NCBI RefSeq assembly: GCF_001194135.2
Contig: NC_068987.1
Coordinates: forward strand, 6,837,154-6,901,153
Origin: Octopus bimaculoides
Lineage: Eukaryota
DNA: 64,000 nt
Reading direction: 5' to 3'
Each line of letters opens with the position of its first letter. Position 1 is the first letter of the stretch. Positions 25,374 through 37,824 of the stretch are shown here, in pieces. The notes beneath the pieces were generated by a model. It was not told the origin of the DNA. It saw only the letters and a list, made by a program, of their open reading frames with translations, and searched no databases. The position numbers were made by a program, and so were the translations under genes.

Positions 25374-26281
25374 NNNNNNNNNNNNNNNNNNNNNNNNNNN
25401 NNNNNNNNNNNNNNNNNNNNNNNNNNNNNNNNNNNNNNNNNNNNNNNNNNNNNNNNNNNNNNNNNNNNNNNNNNNNNNNNNNNNNNNNNNNNNNNNNNNN
25501 NNNNNNNNNNNNNNNNNNNNNNNNNNNNNNNNNNNNNNNNNNNNNNNNNNNNNNNNNNNNNNNNNNNNNNNNNNNNNNNNNNNNNNNNNNNNNNNNNNNN
25601 NNNNNNNNNNNNNNNNNNNNNNNNNNNNNNNNNNNNNNNNNNNNNNNNNNNNNNNNNNNNNNNNNNNNNNNNNNNNNNNNNNNNNNNNNNNNNNNNNNNN
25701 NNNNNNNNNNNNNNNNNNNNNNNNNNNNNNNNNNNNNNNNNNNNNNNNNNNNNNNNNNNNNNNNNNNNNNNNNNNNNNNNNNNNNNNNNNNNNNNNNNNN
25801 NNNNNNNNNNNNNNNNNNNNNNNNNNNNNNNNNNNNNNNNNTCTCCTCCTCCCCCTCCTCATCGGCAGATGGTTGGGGATGATGTTTCTAAACAATGGAT
25901 ATGAAATATATAATCTACAATATTTCTTTTTTGAATCTGCAAAACTCGAAAACCACCCGCTGCAATAAAGATATATCTCTTAAACGAAGCCGAGTAAAAT
26001 GTGGAATTTTTATGATATACAGAAGTGTTCATTAGAACCACTTGTTTTATGAAATGTAAAAGGAATTAAGGATAATAAACAAGCATAAAGAACATACGGA
26101 ATGGATTGTGTGAACTGGAATTTGTCAGCTTAATATTACAGCAAATATACGTAGGATTTTGTAAGAAGGAATTGTAGAACAATTAAGCCAGCTTTATAAG
26201 AAGAATCCTTTAATTAATTCGGAAGCACATCCAGCGTTGGCATCTGTTAACCATTTATTTTTGTTTTTTTTCCTCATTTAG

Positions 26282-26519
26282 GGGTGAAGTTGAAGATAAT
26301 ATTGTTATGGAAGGTAAACCAGTACAAGCGGGCAGTTACGCTGCGCTGACTGGTAAAGGTCTAACAGCAGATATACTGCAAGTTAGAGAAATTAAATTGG
26401 AAGAAACAGACTTCAAGAAGTACAACGAAGGACTGAGAAAGGAGGGAGACAACCTGAGGTTGATGCCTCCTAAGGAATTCATAGAAAAAAAAAACAGAGA
26501 GAAGAACCATATTATATAG
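26282..26519 (+). CDS. Candidate terminal coding exon GEVEDNIVMEGKPVQAGSYAALTGKGLTADILQVREIKLEETDFKKYNEGLRKEGDNLRLMPPKEF...NHII*
   Basis: Strong acceptor tttttgtttttttcctcatttAG (26280-81), followed by 78 sense codons of complex, protein-like composition and stop TAG; no repeat similarity seen. Confidence 0.55.
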
Positions 26520-27215
26520 AACGCTGAATATTGCGACGAAAAAAGTCATTTTCCAGGTTTCACCAACGTAGGATATGTTTCAATACTGACAGGTGTTTTG
26601 ATGCAATGCAGTTGCATATGCATTTAAGGTGGTACCAGATATATAACATAGTCGAATATGCATTAGTGCAAAGTCTTTTTCAGAATAGTGTTTGTTACTC
26701 TACAAAACTAATGCGTGAACCATACTTGAATGTCTCTCACATGTCAAGGACTATTTCATTTCCTAAATTACATAGAATCACACACACAGACACATGCATA
26801 CACACACATTGCCGATTAATGCATTAAAAAAACAAACAAATCTACTTACTGATTGGCAACAATTCACTCATTTACACATTACAACGAATATCCGACAAAT
26901 ACATGACTCATTCTATATTTTCTATTCACTTCTATATCCTTTACTATTATTGCAAGTGTTTCTGCTTCAATAAGCTACCATTTTGCATACCAGTTTTACT
27001 TCACCCATCCAATCGATTAACCTATCTATTGTTCTCTCTTCACTCTTCTGCCGTAATTTGTGAATCCTACTGTAAATACGTTACATATAATTTTTTCCCT
27101 CGATGTCAGTTCTCTTAAAAATCCTTTCATTATCCTTTTCTTTCACTCAATGCTGAAGTTCATATCACACCTGTTTCTCCTGTACGGCAGTGTTCCAAAT
27201 GCTGTGGGCACTTAC

Positions 27216-27241
27216 TTGCATTCGAATCTGACCGAGTAAAT
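27216..27241 (-). CDS. Candidate 26-nt microexon (x)LLGQIRMQ
   Basis: T-run acceptor tttttttttttaAG, donor CAA|GTAAGT, open in phase 1 to 0. Confidence 0.3.
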
Positions 27242-27786
27242 CTTAAAAAAAAAATCATACCATCCAAATAACTTCGAATTATATTCAATACCGGCTACCG
27301 ACATAGATGTTATTGCTTTTCAGTATATTAATACTTTAATAGGCGTGTAATCTAGTAATGGTACGCGTTAGTGGAATATCAAAACAGATTAGAACTCTGA
27401 AAATGTCGAAGTAGTTCGATGAAAATATTTGGCATACATATAAGATATGTAAATATATTTGGAGTAGCTGGATCGCAATGTTTTAAGCTCCGCTTTATAG
27501 CTTGAGCAATTTAATGTATGGATACTTTTCGAAGTACCTTCGTATCACTTTGAAGTGATCTAGCATTAGTAAAAATAATGAATAGTAAAATGACTGCTAT
27601 GAATCAGATGCGATGGCAATTTTCAAACTTTTCCGCCTCAATTCTTGTCTCAATTAGAGCTTACTTTTCTAAACAACTACAATTGTAAAATTCCTTCCTT
27701 TAAAAGCACTAACATCGAACATCCTGGAATGTTCGATGGACCTAGCAAGGTCACCACTTGCTTTATTATGTTACTCTAGACACCGA

Positions 27787-27978
27787 TTTCAAATTTTGGT
27801 ACAATGCCAGCAAGTTCGGTGGAGGGGTGCTAGTCGATTACCTCAGTGCTCAGCTGGTACTTATTTTATCCCTACCGAAAAGAAGAAAGGTAATGTTAAC
27901 CTCGGCGTAATTTGAGCTCAGAACGTAAAGACGGACGAAATGCTCCTAATTATGTCGTCCGTCGTGCCAACGATTCTG
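27787..27978 (-). mobile_element. SINE family B
   Basis: Reverse complement of the B body and tail. Confidence 0.8.
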
Positions 27979-28551
27979 TAGATATTATTAACGAAGTTAC
28001 TCCTGTAGTTGTCACTGCTGATGTCACTGTTACTATAGTCAAGAGGTTGCCTCTGCTGCTAATAACATAACTACTACTGCTCTTATCATTAATGTTTCTG
28101 CTTTGAAGCTGTTAATGTTTATGATGTTACTATCAATCATGGTGTTGCTATAATGGGATTACTATTATCTGTGCTTTCACAAACTGTTACTGTCTTCATC
28201 CTACATTTCTTCTCCCTGTTGCCATGATGTAGTTTTTACTGCTGCTACTGCTGATACCCTTGTTACGTTTACTATTTGCAGTGGATTGGAACTAGATTTT
28301 GTTGTCATTCTGCCATTCCCAGTTCACACACTGGCATACTCTGATGCAATTATGCAGTTTTGTTTTGTAGTGCTTGAAAGCCAACTATTACAAAGAAAAT
28401 GTCTTCTTCCAACTGGAAAAGAATTATTTTTTTTTCTTCTTAACTACATCGGCATTTCAATTCAAAAATTAGAAAGGCTGTCACGAACATAAAATTCAAA
28501 CATTTCATACAACAAACAGAAACAAAAATAAAACGAACAAACAAACAAGAT

Positions 28552-28731
28552 AGGCACAGGAGTCGCTGTGTGGTAAGCAGCTTGCTTACCAACCGCAAGG
28601 TACCGGGTTCGGTCCCACTGCGTGGCACCTTAGGCAAATGTCTCCCACTATAGCCTCGGGCCGAGCAAAGCCTTGTGAGTGGATTTGGTAGACAGAAACC
28701 GAAAGAAGCCTGTCGTATATATACATATATA

Positions 28732-28767
<36 letters not shown>

Positions 28768-28811
28768 TTTGTGTGTTTGTGTTTGTTCCCCCACCATCGC
28801 TTGACAACCGA
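28552..28811 (+). mobile_element. SINE family A, 3'-truncated
   Basis: Head, core and microsatellite present; tail absent. Confidence 0.85.
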
Positions 28812-29004
28812 ATAAATAAAATACATGCGTACATACTTTTTCACTTGTATTTCGCAGTCTAAGAGCCAAGAAGGATAATAATCATTTGCATAGTTACGCA
28901 GTTAAAAGAATTTGCTTTTAAATATGTACTTAAAAGATACTTATTTTAGCAATGCCGAAATAAGGAAAAGCAGTTTTGATTGAAGCACTGATTCAATATC
29001 CATA

Positions 29005-29223
29005 GAGACGCCGAGCTGGCAGAATCGTTAGCAATCCGGGCAAAAAGAATAGTGCTATTTCGTCCATCTTGGCGTTATGAGTTCAAATTCTGCCGAGGTT
29101 GACTTTACCTTTCCTCCTTTCGAAGTCAATAAAATAAGTATCAGCTGAGCGCTGTTGTCACTGAAAGTGACTTAACGTTTTTCCCCGAAACTGCTGGTCT
29201 TGATGTCAAAATTTGAAATCAAT
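29005..29223 (+). mobile_element. tRNA-derived SINE family B, full length
   Basis: A-box-like TGGCAGAATCGTTAG, B-box GAGTTCAAATTC, central GACTTTACCTTTCCTCCTTTCG..AAAATAAGTA, tail AAAATTTGAAATCAAT. Confidence 0.85.
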
Positions 29224-29645
29224 ATACTAATATATATACAAGTCCACACAACGTGGTGACGACTTTATATTAGACCATCGACACCAGTACACAATTGTTA
29301 TATCTGTGGGAAGGAATTTGACCTCGGAAAGCAAAACATATAACGCAATACTGCAAAGCATTTTGACCGTCACTCTGAAGTGTCTGTCACTCTGCACCTT
29401 GTAATAAAGTTAACTGTAATTATGATGTTTTCTCGAATAGTTTACATTTATCATTGACAGGAGAGAGATAATATGAACCCATCTTTTTATTGATCGATCT
29501 TCTTGTATTCTTAAAAAGGTCATTGTATGTATAGTGCTATTCTCACCTTCAAAGGAGTCACGCACAGGCAGGTTTTTGCATGGATAAACTCAATTACTTT
29601 CAGTGAGATGATAGTGTTTAAAATATATGAATTTTAGATTTAATG

Positions 29646-29842
29646 TTCTTTTCTACTCTAGGCACAAAGGGGGGCAGTCGATTCGATCGACCTCAGTATG
29701 CAACTGGTACTCAATTTATCGATCCCGAAAGGGATGAATGGCAAAGTCGACCTCGGTGGAATTTGAACCCAGAACATAAAGTCAGGCGTAATACTGCTAA
29801 GTATTTCGCCCGGCGTGCTAACTTTTCTGCCAGCTCGCCACC
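29646..29842 (-). mobile_element. SINE family B, variant tail GTGCCTAGAGTAGAAAAG
   Basis: Reverse complement of B; tail matches the copy at 48629. Confidence 0.85.
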
Positions 29843-30781
29843 GTATTTTAGATCTAATATTGATAGGAGAGGAATAATACGTCACCCAGTCTGAAGAGTT
29901 TGACAGCTGATGAATTTCAATGCAAAAAGAATCAGGCCATTTTACAGCATATTTATAAGCTCTGTATCATTACTGCTAGCTCTTACTCTGACTTCATTCA
30001 TTTAACAAGATATATTTTTATTAACGCAATTTTCAGCCGCTTGACTGCATGAATAGTATTAATTAAATCAAACTTTTATAGTTTCTCTCTTTTTTCCTCT
30101 CTCTCGTTTCCCCCTCTCTCTTTCTCCATTTTCTCTCTCTCTCTCTCTATCTATCTGTTCCCCTTCTGTCTGTGTTTATATATATATATATATATATACA
30201 TACGCAAGTGTGTGCACATCTCTGAACTTCTGTGTACTTCTGCACTTCTAGCAATGGATGTTTTTTTTTCTGGATGCATGATACACAAAAGCAAAGCGTC
30301 CTTATCAAATGAAATATAATTGTACACATAAAATTTTCTATATAGATAATACATATATACATATTTAGAGCCATTTGCATTCGAGAGTAGCACGTATACG
30401 AAGTATATGTCATTTACTGAACTGAAGAAAGATACAGATGATGTGAAGTGTCAGGGCCCTGAAAAAGTTCATAATGTGCGCACACAATAGTGTTTAATTC
30501 ATTGATTAGAGACTTTAGGAAATTTAACTTCATGTTTAAAATTGTGCTTTGAATGTGTAATCGAATACGGATTTCTTTTGAACATGCATTGAACATGACA
30601 CTGCAGATAAAAATCTAGCATTTTACAAGGTTACTCTCTTCCTAAATCTAACTGATGGAAAATAACTCTTTACATATAATTTTACCAATTTTGTTACGTT
30701 CAAATCTGTGGTGCTATTTACAGCTACAATTTATTTTATATATTCTTTTTTAATTATATTTTAATAATCATTTATTATATA

Positions 30782-30942
30782 GGCGCAGGAGTGGCTGTGT
30801 GGTAAGTAGCTTGCTTACCAACCACATGGTTCCGGGTTCAATCCCACAGCGTGGCACCTTAGGCAAGTGTTTTCTGCTTTAGCCTCGGGCCGACCAAAGC
30901 CTTGTGAGTGGATTTGGTAAACGGAAACTGAAAGAAGCCCGT

Positions 30943-30991
<49 letters not shown>

Positions 30992-31241
30992 TTGTGCGTC
31001 TGTGTTTTTTCCCCCAACATCGCTTGACAACCGATGGTGGTGTGTTTACGTACCCATAACTTAGCAGTTCGGCAAAAGAGACCGATAGAATAAGTGCTGG
31101 GGTCGATTTGCTCGACTAAAGGCGGTGCTCCAGCATAGCCGCAGTCAAATGACTGAAANNNNNNNNNNCTGGGGTCGATTTGCTCGACTAAAGGCGGTGC
31201 TCCAGCATAGCCGCAGTCAAATGACTGAAACAAGTAAAAGA
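30782..31241 (+). mobile_element. SINE family A, full length (tail duplicated across a 10-N gap)
   Basis: A-box, B-box GGTTCAATCC at 30835-44, complete tail. Confidence 0.9.
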
Positions 31242-31264
31242 GTATATATTTGATATTCTTTTAT

Positions 31265-31315
31265 TCTTTTACTTGTTTCAGTCATTTGACTGCGGCCAAT
31301 CTGGAGCACCGCCTT
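31265..31315 (-). mobile_element. SINE family A tail only, inverted
   Basis: 48/51 match to the reverse complement of 31191-31241. Confidence 0.85.
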
Positions 31316-31371
31316 AACTGGTTGAGCTTAAGCAACCAGCCGTTATTATTAATATATTTATATTTATTAAA

Positions 31372-31586
31372 GCGGTGAACTGTTAGAATCTTTAGTACAC
31401 CGGTTAAAATATTTAGCAACATTTCGTCCATCTTTAATTTCTGAGTTCAAATACCGCCGAGGTCAGCCTTGCCGTCCATCTTTTCGGTGTTGTTAAAATA
31501 AACCTAGATTGAACACTGGGGTCAATGTAATCGACTTACACCTTCCTCCGAACTTGCCGGCCTTGTGCCAAAAGTTGAAACCAATA
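31372..31586 (+). mobile_element. SINE family B, full length
   Basis: Colinear with other B copies; imperfect flanking repeat aatata(t/g)ttatatt. Confidence 0.85.
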
Positions 31587-32435
31587 TAGTTATATTCAAT
31601 AGTGAGTGTGAATGGCAGACACAGTAGAAACAGCTTAAATATTCTCTTACATTGAATCGCGTCCTTTTACAGGCTGCGTGTTTAAATCTTACCGAAGTCA
31701 ACTCTTCACTTTCAACGTTCTAGAATCAATGAACCATGTAGCTCTGAAGTATTGGGAGTAAACCGATTCGATTTTTCCTTCCCACAAAATATCTAATAAT
31801 CTTGCCCGTAATCGAGGAAGAAAGGTTAGATATATCAGATAATGTACTTGAAGGCATTCGTGTTCGTGTCTCGTACTTTGTTCACCGGAATTCGAAAAGA
31901 AGTAGATAGCTTCAAATATGAAAGGACGAATTAGAAATCACTGTGAACTAGAGAGAGAGAGAGACAGGGGGGAGAGGGAAATAGAGATAGACAGAGAGAG
32001 AAAAAGAGGGGGAGAATACTATTTCAAGTTTGAAAACACAGTGGCTCATTGAAAAAGGGCAATAAACGTTACATTCTTTCGAACATTTAGAAAAACTAAG
32101 ATTTTTAAGATTTCACTATTCATTATGAACATAGCACTGACTTGTAGCTTTATACATACATAAATACATATATACATACACGCATACGTACAAACATTCA
32201 TACATACCTACATACATACATATATACATACATATGTATCTGTGTATGAATGTATTGTGCATGATTGCATTATGTATGTATGTATGTATGAATATATGTA
32301 TATAATTTGACTTGTTCGAGTTTCAATTTTTTTTATAGTATAGTAAAGTATTGTTAAATAATTTGCCGCTAGCAGTCTTTGAGTTTGCTTCCTATTAACC
32401 AAAAATAATTTCAACATATCTCTGAATTTTATTAC

Positions 32436-32774
32436 ATAATGAATCATAATATATCATTATGATGTCTAGAAGTGTTTTGCATTTTTTCCTCTGTATTTCG
32501 TATATCCGCTCTGAAGAATCTAGATAATTGCTATGAAATAATCTCTCTTATACCATTAAATGTATTCCAAGACAATCTTAACAAGATGAGCTTTGTTTTA
32601 TAGACGTATTGTCATAGCTCGAGTAATTATCTTAGTAGGATTGTCTTTGAATATATGTTTATGATATATGAGAGATTATTGTATGGTAATTATCTAAATC
32701 TCTAAGAAAATTTAATGATATCAGAAATATAGAAAAGAGGTAAAACTGTTCTAGACAACATAGTGATTCATTAT
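32436..32774. mobile_element. Fold-back/MITE-like element, about 340 bp
   Basis: Nested inverted matches along its whole length (ATAATGAATCA, TCTAGAAGTGTTTT, TAGATAATT, AATAATCTCTC, AAGACAATC); TA dinucleotides at both ends. Confidence 0.7.
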
Positions 32775-32969
32775 ACTTTACGGTGTAGCTCTGTAACAAA
32801 ATTCGAAGATATACCATTTAAAGTGTGTATGTGAGATTCTTGTGGATGAGACTACAATGTGAATTGAAGAATGTAAAGCTTGAGGAGGATAATAACTATA
32901 ACTTTTGGACTTTATTAACCTGATGTGAATTCAAGAAACTCTTGTATGGATCTTAGCACGTTACTACCA

Positions 32970-33118
32970 GCGGCGAGCTGGTAGAAATGTTTGCACTCCG
33001 GACAAATGCTTAGTAACATTTCGTCTGTCTTTTTGTTTTAAGTTCAAATGTTGCTGCGGTCGACTTACTTTGCCTTTCATCCTTTTGGAGTCGAGATCGA
33101 CTTCATTTGCCTTTAATA
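32970..33118 (+). mobile_element. SINE family B, 3'-truncated at (ATT)n
   Basis: Head and central domain, then the microsatellite. Confidence 0.8.
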
Positions 33119-33124
33119 TTATTA

Positions 33125-33177
<53 letters not shown>

Positions 33178-33778
33178 GCCTTTGCACAGCGTCTAACGCT
33201 GGAGATGTACTACAGTGTCAGCTGTTCACTACCAGTGAACTAAGGTAACACCGCTTATTTTCGAGGACCCTCCGGAGTATTCAAGCGGTTCCGAGCAGTG
33301 CTGTTTCTGCAGGTGCTCCACCCTTATTGCAGCCCCTATTTGTTCCACGTACTTCTCGAGATTTTTGCTCACCTTTCCCAGGGCTCCGACAATTATTGGT
33401 ACTACTGCTACCTTTTTTATCGACCACAACTGCTTAACTTCCCAAGCTAACCTGTCGTATCTCTCGACTTTTCTTTCTTCCTTATCGCATACCTTGTTGT
33501 CAGCTGGGCATGCTATGTCTATGATCCAGCATCGTTTGTTTTCCTTCTCAATTAAGACTATGTCCGGCTTCCTATTCTCTATCTCATGGTCGCACTGAAT
33601 CATAAAATCCCATAGGATCTTTGCATTTCTATTTTCGACGATGTCTTCAGGTTTGTGGTCGTACCAATTTTTTGCTCTGTCAAGTCCATACTTGTTGCAA
33701 AGTGTCCAGTGGACAAGCCTGGCTATATTGTCGTGGCGCCTCTTATATTCCTTCTGGGCTAGTGGCGTACATTGGCTG
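33178..33778 (-). mobile_element. 5'-truncated R4/Dong-clade non-LTR retrotransposon (RLE endonuclease domain plus 3' UTR) inserted in (TAA)n
   Basis: Open frame SQCTPLAQKEYKRRHDNIARLVHW...ILWDFMIQCDHEIENRKPDIVLI...IIDIACP..KEERKVERY..L (PD..D..K RLE motif); a frameshift near 33305 gives TALLGTA*ILRRVLEN. (ATT)n at 33121-33177 and 33779-33923. Confidence 0.9.
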
Positions 33779-33859
<81 letters not shown>

Positions 33860-33864
33860 GTTAC

Positions 33865-33926
<62 letters not shown>

Positions 33927-33972
33927 CCGGACATGTTCTTGTTATTCATGATATTATTTCTTTTGGTATTAC

Positions 33973-34035
33973 TGCTTCCTTTATATAAATTGTCGAACTC
34001 AGGTGAAACATTTACTACAATTCTTTCATAAAACA
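33973..34035 (-). CDS. Candidate internal exon (x)FYERIVVNVSPEFDNLYKGS
   Basis: Acceptor ttgttttttctttttgcAG; only the phase-1 frame is open; 63 nt; donor GCA|GTAATA (moderate). Confidence 0.4.
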
Positions 34036-35864
34036 CTGCAAAAAGAAAAAACAACAGATAAAGAATGTACGAATCCTTGAACATAGACAAAAGGAAAACA
34101 ATTCAATACATCAAACACCGAATATGTATACAGTATTTTGATCTTGTGCTTATTCACGTACGTTCATTTCTTGGATGAAATTATATTTTATTGTTTCAGA
34201 CAGATATGAAGCAGATGCAGTCAGAAATATGCATTTCATGCTGATCAGCATACGATCTAACTAAGGCATACACGAGCCTTAGTTATTTGCATTTATTTAT
34301 TTGCTTTATTAACTGACGCTCCGTGTATATTTTTGCTCCATAAAAATACTTAATGATACTGCAACCTGAAAACTTTAACAATAGACCTTAGATAAACTCC
34401 TTACGAAGTGTTTGATAAATAGCTAAACACATATTTAACCAGGAAGCTGAACATCATAGCTTTTGATTTTCCATTATGGGTATTGGGCGTAATTGCGTTT
34501 ATTAACTGAAAGATTACAAATGCACTCAAAGAAAATATTTTCCTCATACTGTAATACTGTAATATATAATATACTGTAATATATAATACTGTAATATATA
34601 ATGGTTTTCCCTATGCCTCAGCATAACCTGAGTTTTATTCAAGTTTAGAAAGATTTCCAAATATAAATTAATCTCATAAATCGTTGATAGATAAAGTCAA
34701 ACCTTTATTTGAATAGTTGGAGTATTAGCATCTGGCATCAAACTAGACAAGTGCACATTGCGCTTTAGGTGACAGAGCAATTCGCAGTTCTGATTATGAC
34801 GGGTGATCAACCTTAAATACACTAATAACATGAAAGTCAGGTTGTTGATCTAGCAGTGCTTTGTCACGCTATATATTTATAACCATATTGTGATATCTGC
34901 ATTAGTTGTTTTCAAATCCCTTGTCATTAAAGAGGACAGATTTGCTATCAGATATCTAAGCTGTATTTAGTTGAAGCCTATGGGTGAAGTTTAAAGAGAA
35001 GTATTGAAGAATAGTGTCTGCAAGATTTTACATAACAAGATTTTTGCAGCAAAATGCGTATTAATGTGCAAAAGGAATTGCTTATTAATCAGAAACTTAC
35101 TATCATGATTCTGTTTGAAGTGCTATGATAATAATAATTAATAGCTCTAGTTCAAATCTTGCTCATATATATCTTCTCCACTAATATTCTATATTGAGGA
35201 AAAAGCGTCGACCCTATTAATGGCCATATTGAGCTTGACAATCATACTTAAACATTAGTAGTACATATTTTCCAATTTTCTACCCTCTTCTCATTTATTC
35301 TTTTCCCAAGGAGGTAGCAAGCTGACGATAATTTAATGATTAGATAAACTATTTTTCCTTTAAGCAATAGACCCCAAAATAATACTATTTATCGTTGTGG
35401 ATCTCTGTTTAGAAAAAAAGTCACTTGATTATTTTGCTCGGTTCGTGTTTAACATACGTGGTTAACATACAAAACAGAATTTACTGTTATATGAACTATT
35501 GCGAAGAATAGTTTTATGCGAAGAATAGTTTTAAATTCTCCCCAGGAGGATTCAAGCATGCATGAATATTATCGATAATCTTATCATTCGAAACAATCTA
35601 AATCCAACAAATCTATAAATCCTTGTACAGTGATGTGAACAGCTAATCGAATATTGCGCTATACTACTTTTGTTTCATGAAACTATATTCCATCATTACT
35701 TCCTACAACAAATTCCGTTGCAAAGAAGTCGTATTGTTTATTTGCATTGTATACTCGAAATGTATTATACTATTTCCAGCAGTTTCCTGTAATGCGAGAA
35801 GAAAGATAATTCTGTTATCAATGTTGCATCACTGAAGCATGACCTTTCGATTCTATGTTATATA

Positions 35865-36490
35865 TTTTGTCACAAACAGCGTCAAAGTTAAACACACAAA
35901 CCCCAGAAACTGTCAGCAATTTCAAATACCCAGCATGAAGGATCCACAATAGAAATCTTCAACGGCAGTGCTCACAAAACTTAAGCCTATCTGGGAAAGT
36001 GAGAATATTAGGCTCTCCACAGAATTCAGAGAGATGCGATCATTTCTGGTTCCTATCTTTCTGTATACCTGCGAGGCTTGGAAATTAACAGTGGAACTGG
36101 AAAAAATGTAAGCGCAATGGAAATGGGATGCTATAGACGGCTCCTAGTTATCTCGTACAAAGAATACGTAACGAATAACAAATTGAGGATGAAAATAACC
36201 CTGGGTATTGGACCACACAGTGGTCTGCTGACACTTGCAAAGACACAAAAGCTGAAATGGTATGGCCATGTCACAAGAAGGTTCGGCCTAGCAAAGAAAA
36301 TTCTGCCAGGCGCAGTGAAAGGTGGACGAAAGCAAGCCAGGCCAAGGAAGAAGTGAGCTTGTAACATCAAGCAGTGGACAGGCCTCAATTTCACCGACTC
36401 ACAGAGGTTAACTGAAACCTGAAAGAAGTGGTGAAATCTGGTTGTGATGTCATCAACAAATGTCCTAACGACCACATAATACAGGCGTAG
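35865..36490 (+). mobile_element. 5'-truncated RTE (BovB-like) LINE remnant
   Basis: ETVSNFKY..LTKLKPIWES..IFLYTCEAW..AMEMGCYRRLLVISYK..VTN..KLKWYGHVTR..LAKKILPGAVKGGRK..RP, with frameshifts. Confidence 0.85.
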
Positions 36491-36797
36491 GTTAGGATGG
36501 TATCTGATTAATATAAGTTAATTTTCTGATAATCTTTCCTTTAAGTTAAGACACAGGATGAAATTAGTTACGAATTATGGCGCAATAGGAAGGAAATTAC
36601 ATGTATCAACTGCCTTATTAGTGAAATAGATTAAAGGTAGGATTTAATTATTCTTTATCTTTGGGAAGTACAATATGAAATTAAAAAGAAAACAAACACA
36701 TGTACAATCAGAACCTAAAAATGGAGTGTATACGTCTTTCTTTCTGTCTATGTATGTATGTAAGTTATGTATATATCGATATTTATATATATATATA

Positions 36798-36871
<74 letters not shown>

Positions 36872-37191
36872 GGAGAGAAAACTACAAATATTAGTACGCT
36901 GTCCGAGACAGATGAGAAACTCTGCACTAAGTTAAATAAATGATAGATTGCGCCCGTAGTTTCTTTTGGCTGATCAGAACAGATTTGAAAAACGAGAGAA
37001 TGACGTTGGCAGATTTTATTTGTATCGTGTACATCATTGTCCTTGAATACCTCTGTAGATTTTAATCAAGCAGAGGTGTTGTAGATATAATCCTCTCTAT
37101 TAGAGACACAGCGGCTGAAAATTTGTAGGGAGGTGTGCTAGTTAATTACATCAACCTCACACTGTTTCTGCCTACCTTCTATTTATACATG

Positions 37192-37270
<79 letters not shown>

Positions 37271-37712
37271 TTGTGCGTATATATGTGTATGTGTACTAGT
37301 ATGTTGGCAGTATCAGAATTATATAGAGATTTAATTACTTGATCTTACATGTATATTGGATTACAGCTCATTAAATGTTAAATGTTAACTTCGTTAAACC
37401 TATTAGTACTAATTTTAATATCTAAAGTTTTCCGCTGGTAGAATAAATGAAAACAAAAATTTAAAAAAAAATAAATTACACACACTTACAAAAGTGGTGT
37501 ACATAAATTTACAAAAAATGTTACTGAGCCTCACGTCTGGGATGAGAAATACACAAACAGACAAAACAAAAAGCAAAAAACCTATTTCTAGCATTTCAAC
37601 ATTTTCCTGGCCGCGATAAGTTTTCTAATTGACATTTAACTTTGACTCAAGAAGAACGATATTAAACGCAGCAATATATAAGGTCTATCTTAATATTCTT
37701 TTAGTAAAGTAC

Positions 37713-37824
37713 CGCGGATCCTCTGACAGTAATAATGTCTAAAAAACATGAGCAATGTAACTAAAGATATGCATTTGCGAATGAGATCTGAAACGGGAAC
37801 TTTGGGTAGTACTATTTTTGTCAT
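37713..37824 (-). CDS. Candidate first coding exon with signal-peptide-like segment MTKIVLPKVPVSDLIRKCISLVTLLMFFRHYYCQRIR
   Basis: In-frame TGA two codons upstream, ataATG, hydrophobic core CISLVTLLMFF, phase-1 donor CG|GTACTT (weak). Confidence 0.3.

Noticed and set aside
29907-29913. CTGATGA (also at 44427-33)
   Set aside because: No downstream GAAA or stems; not hammerheads.
30782-30850. tRNA-like heads of the SINEs
   Set aside because: They have A/B boxes but run on into SINE bodies, with no complete cloverleaf or terminator; not tRNA genes.
31095-31222. Tandem duplication of the SINE A tail
   Set aside because: The copies sit either side of a 10-N gap; most likely unmerged contig overlap.
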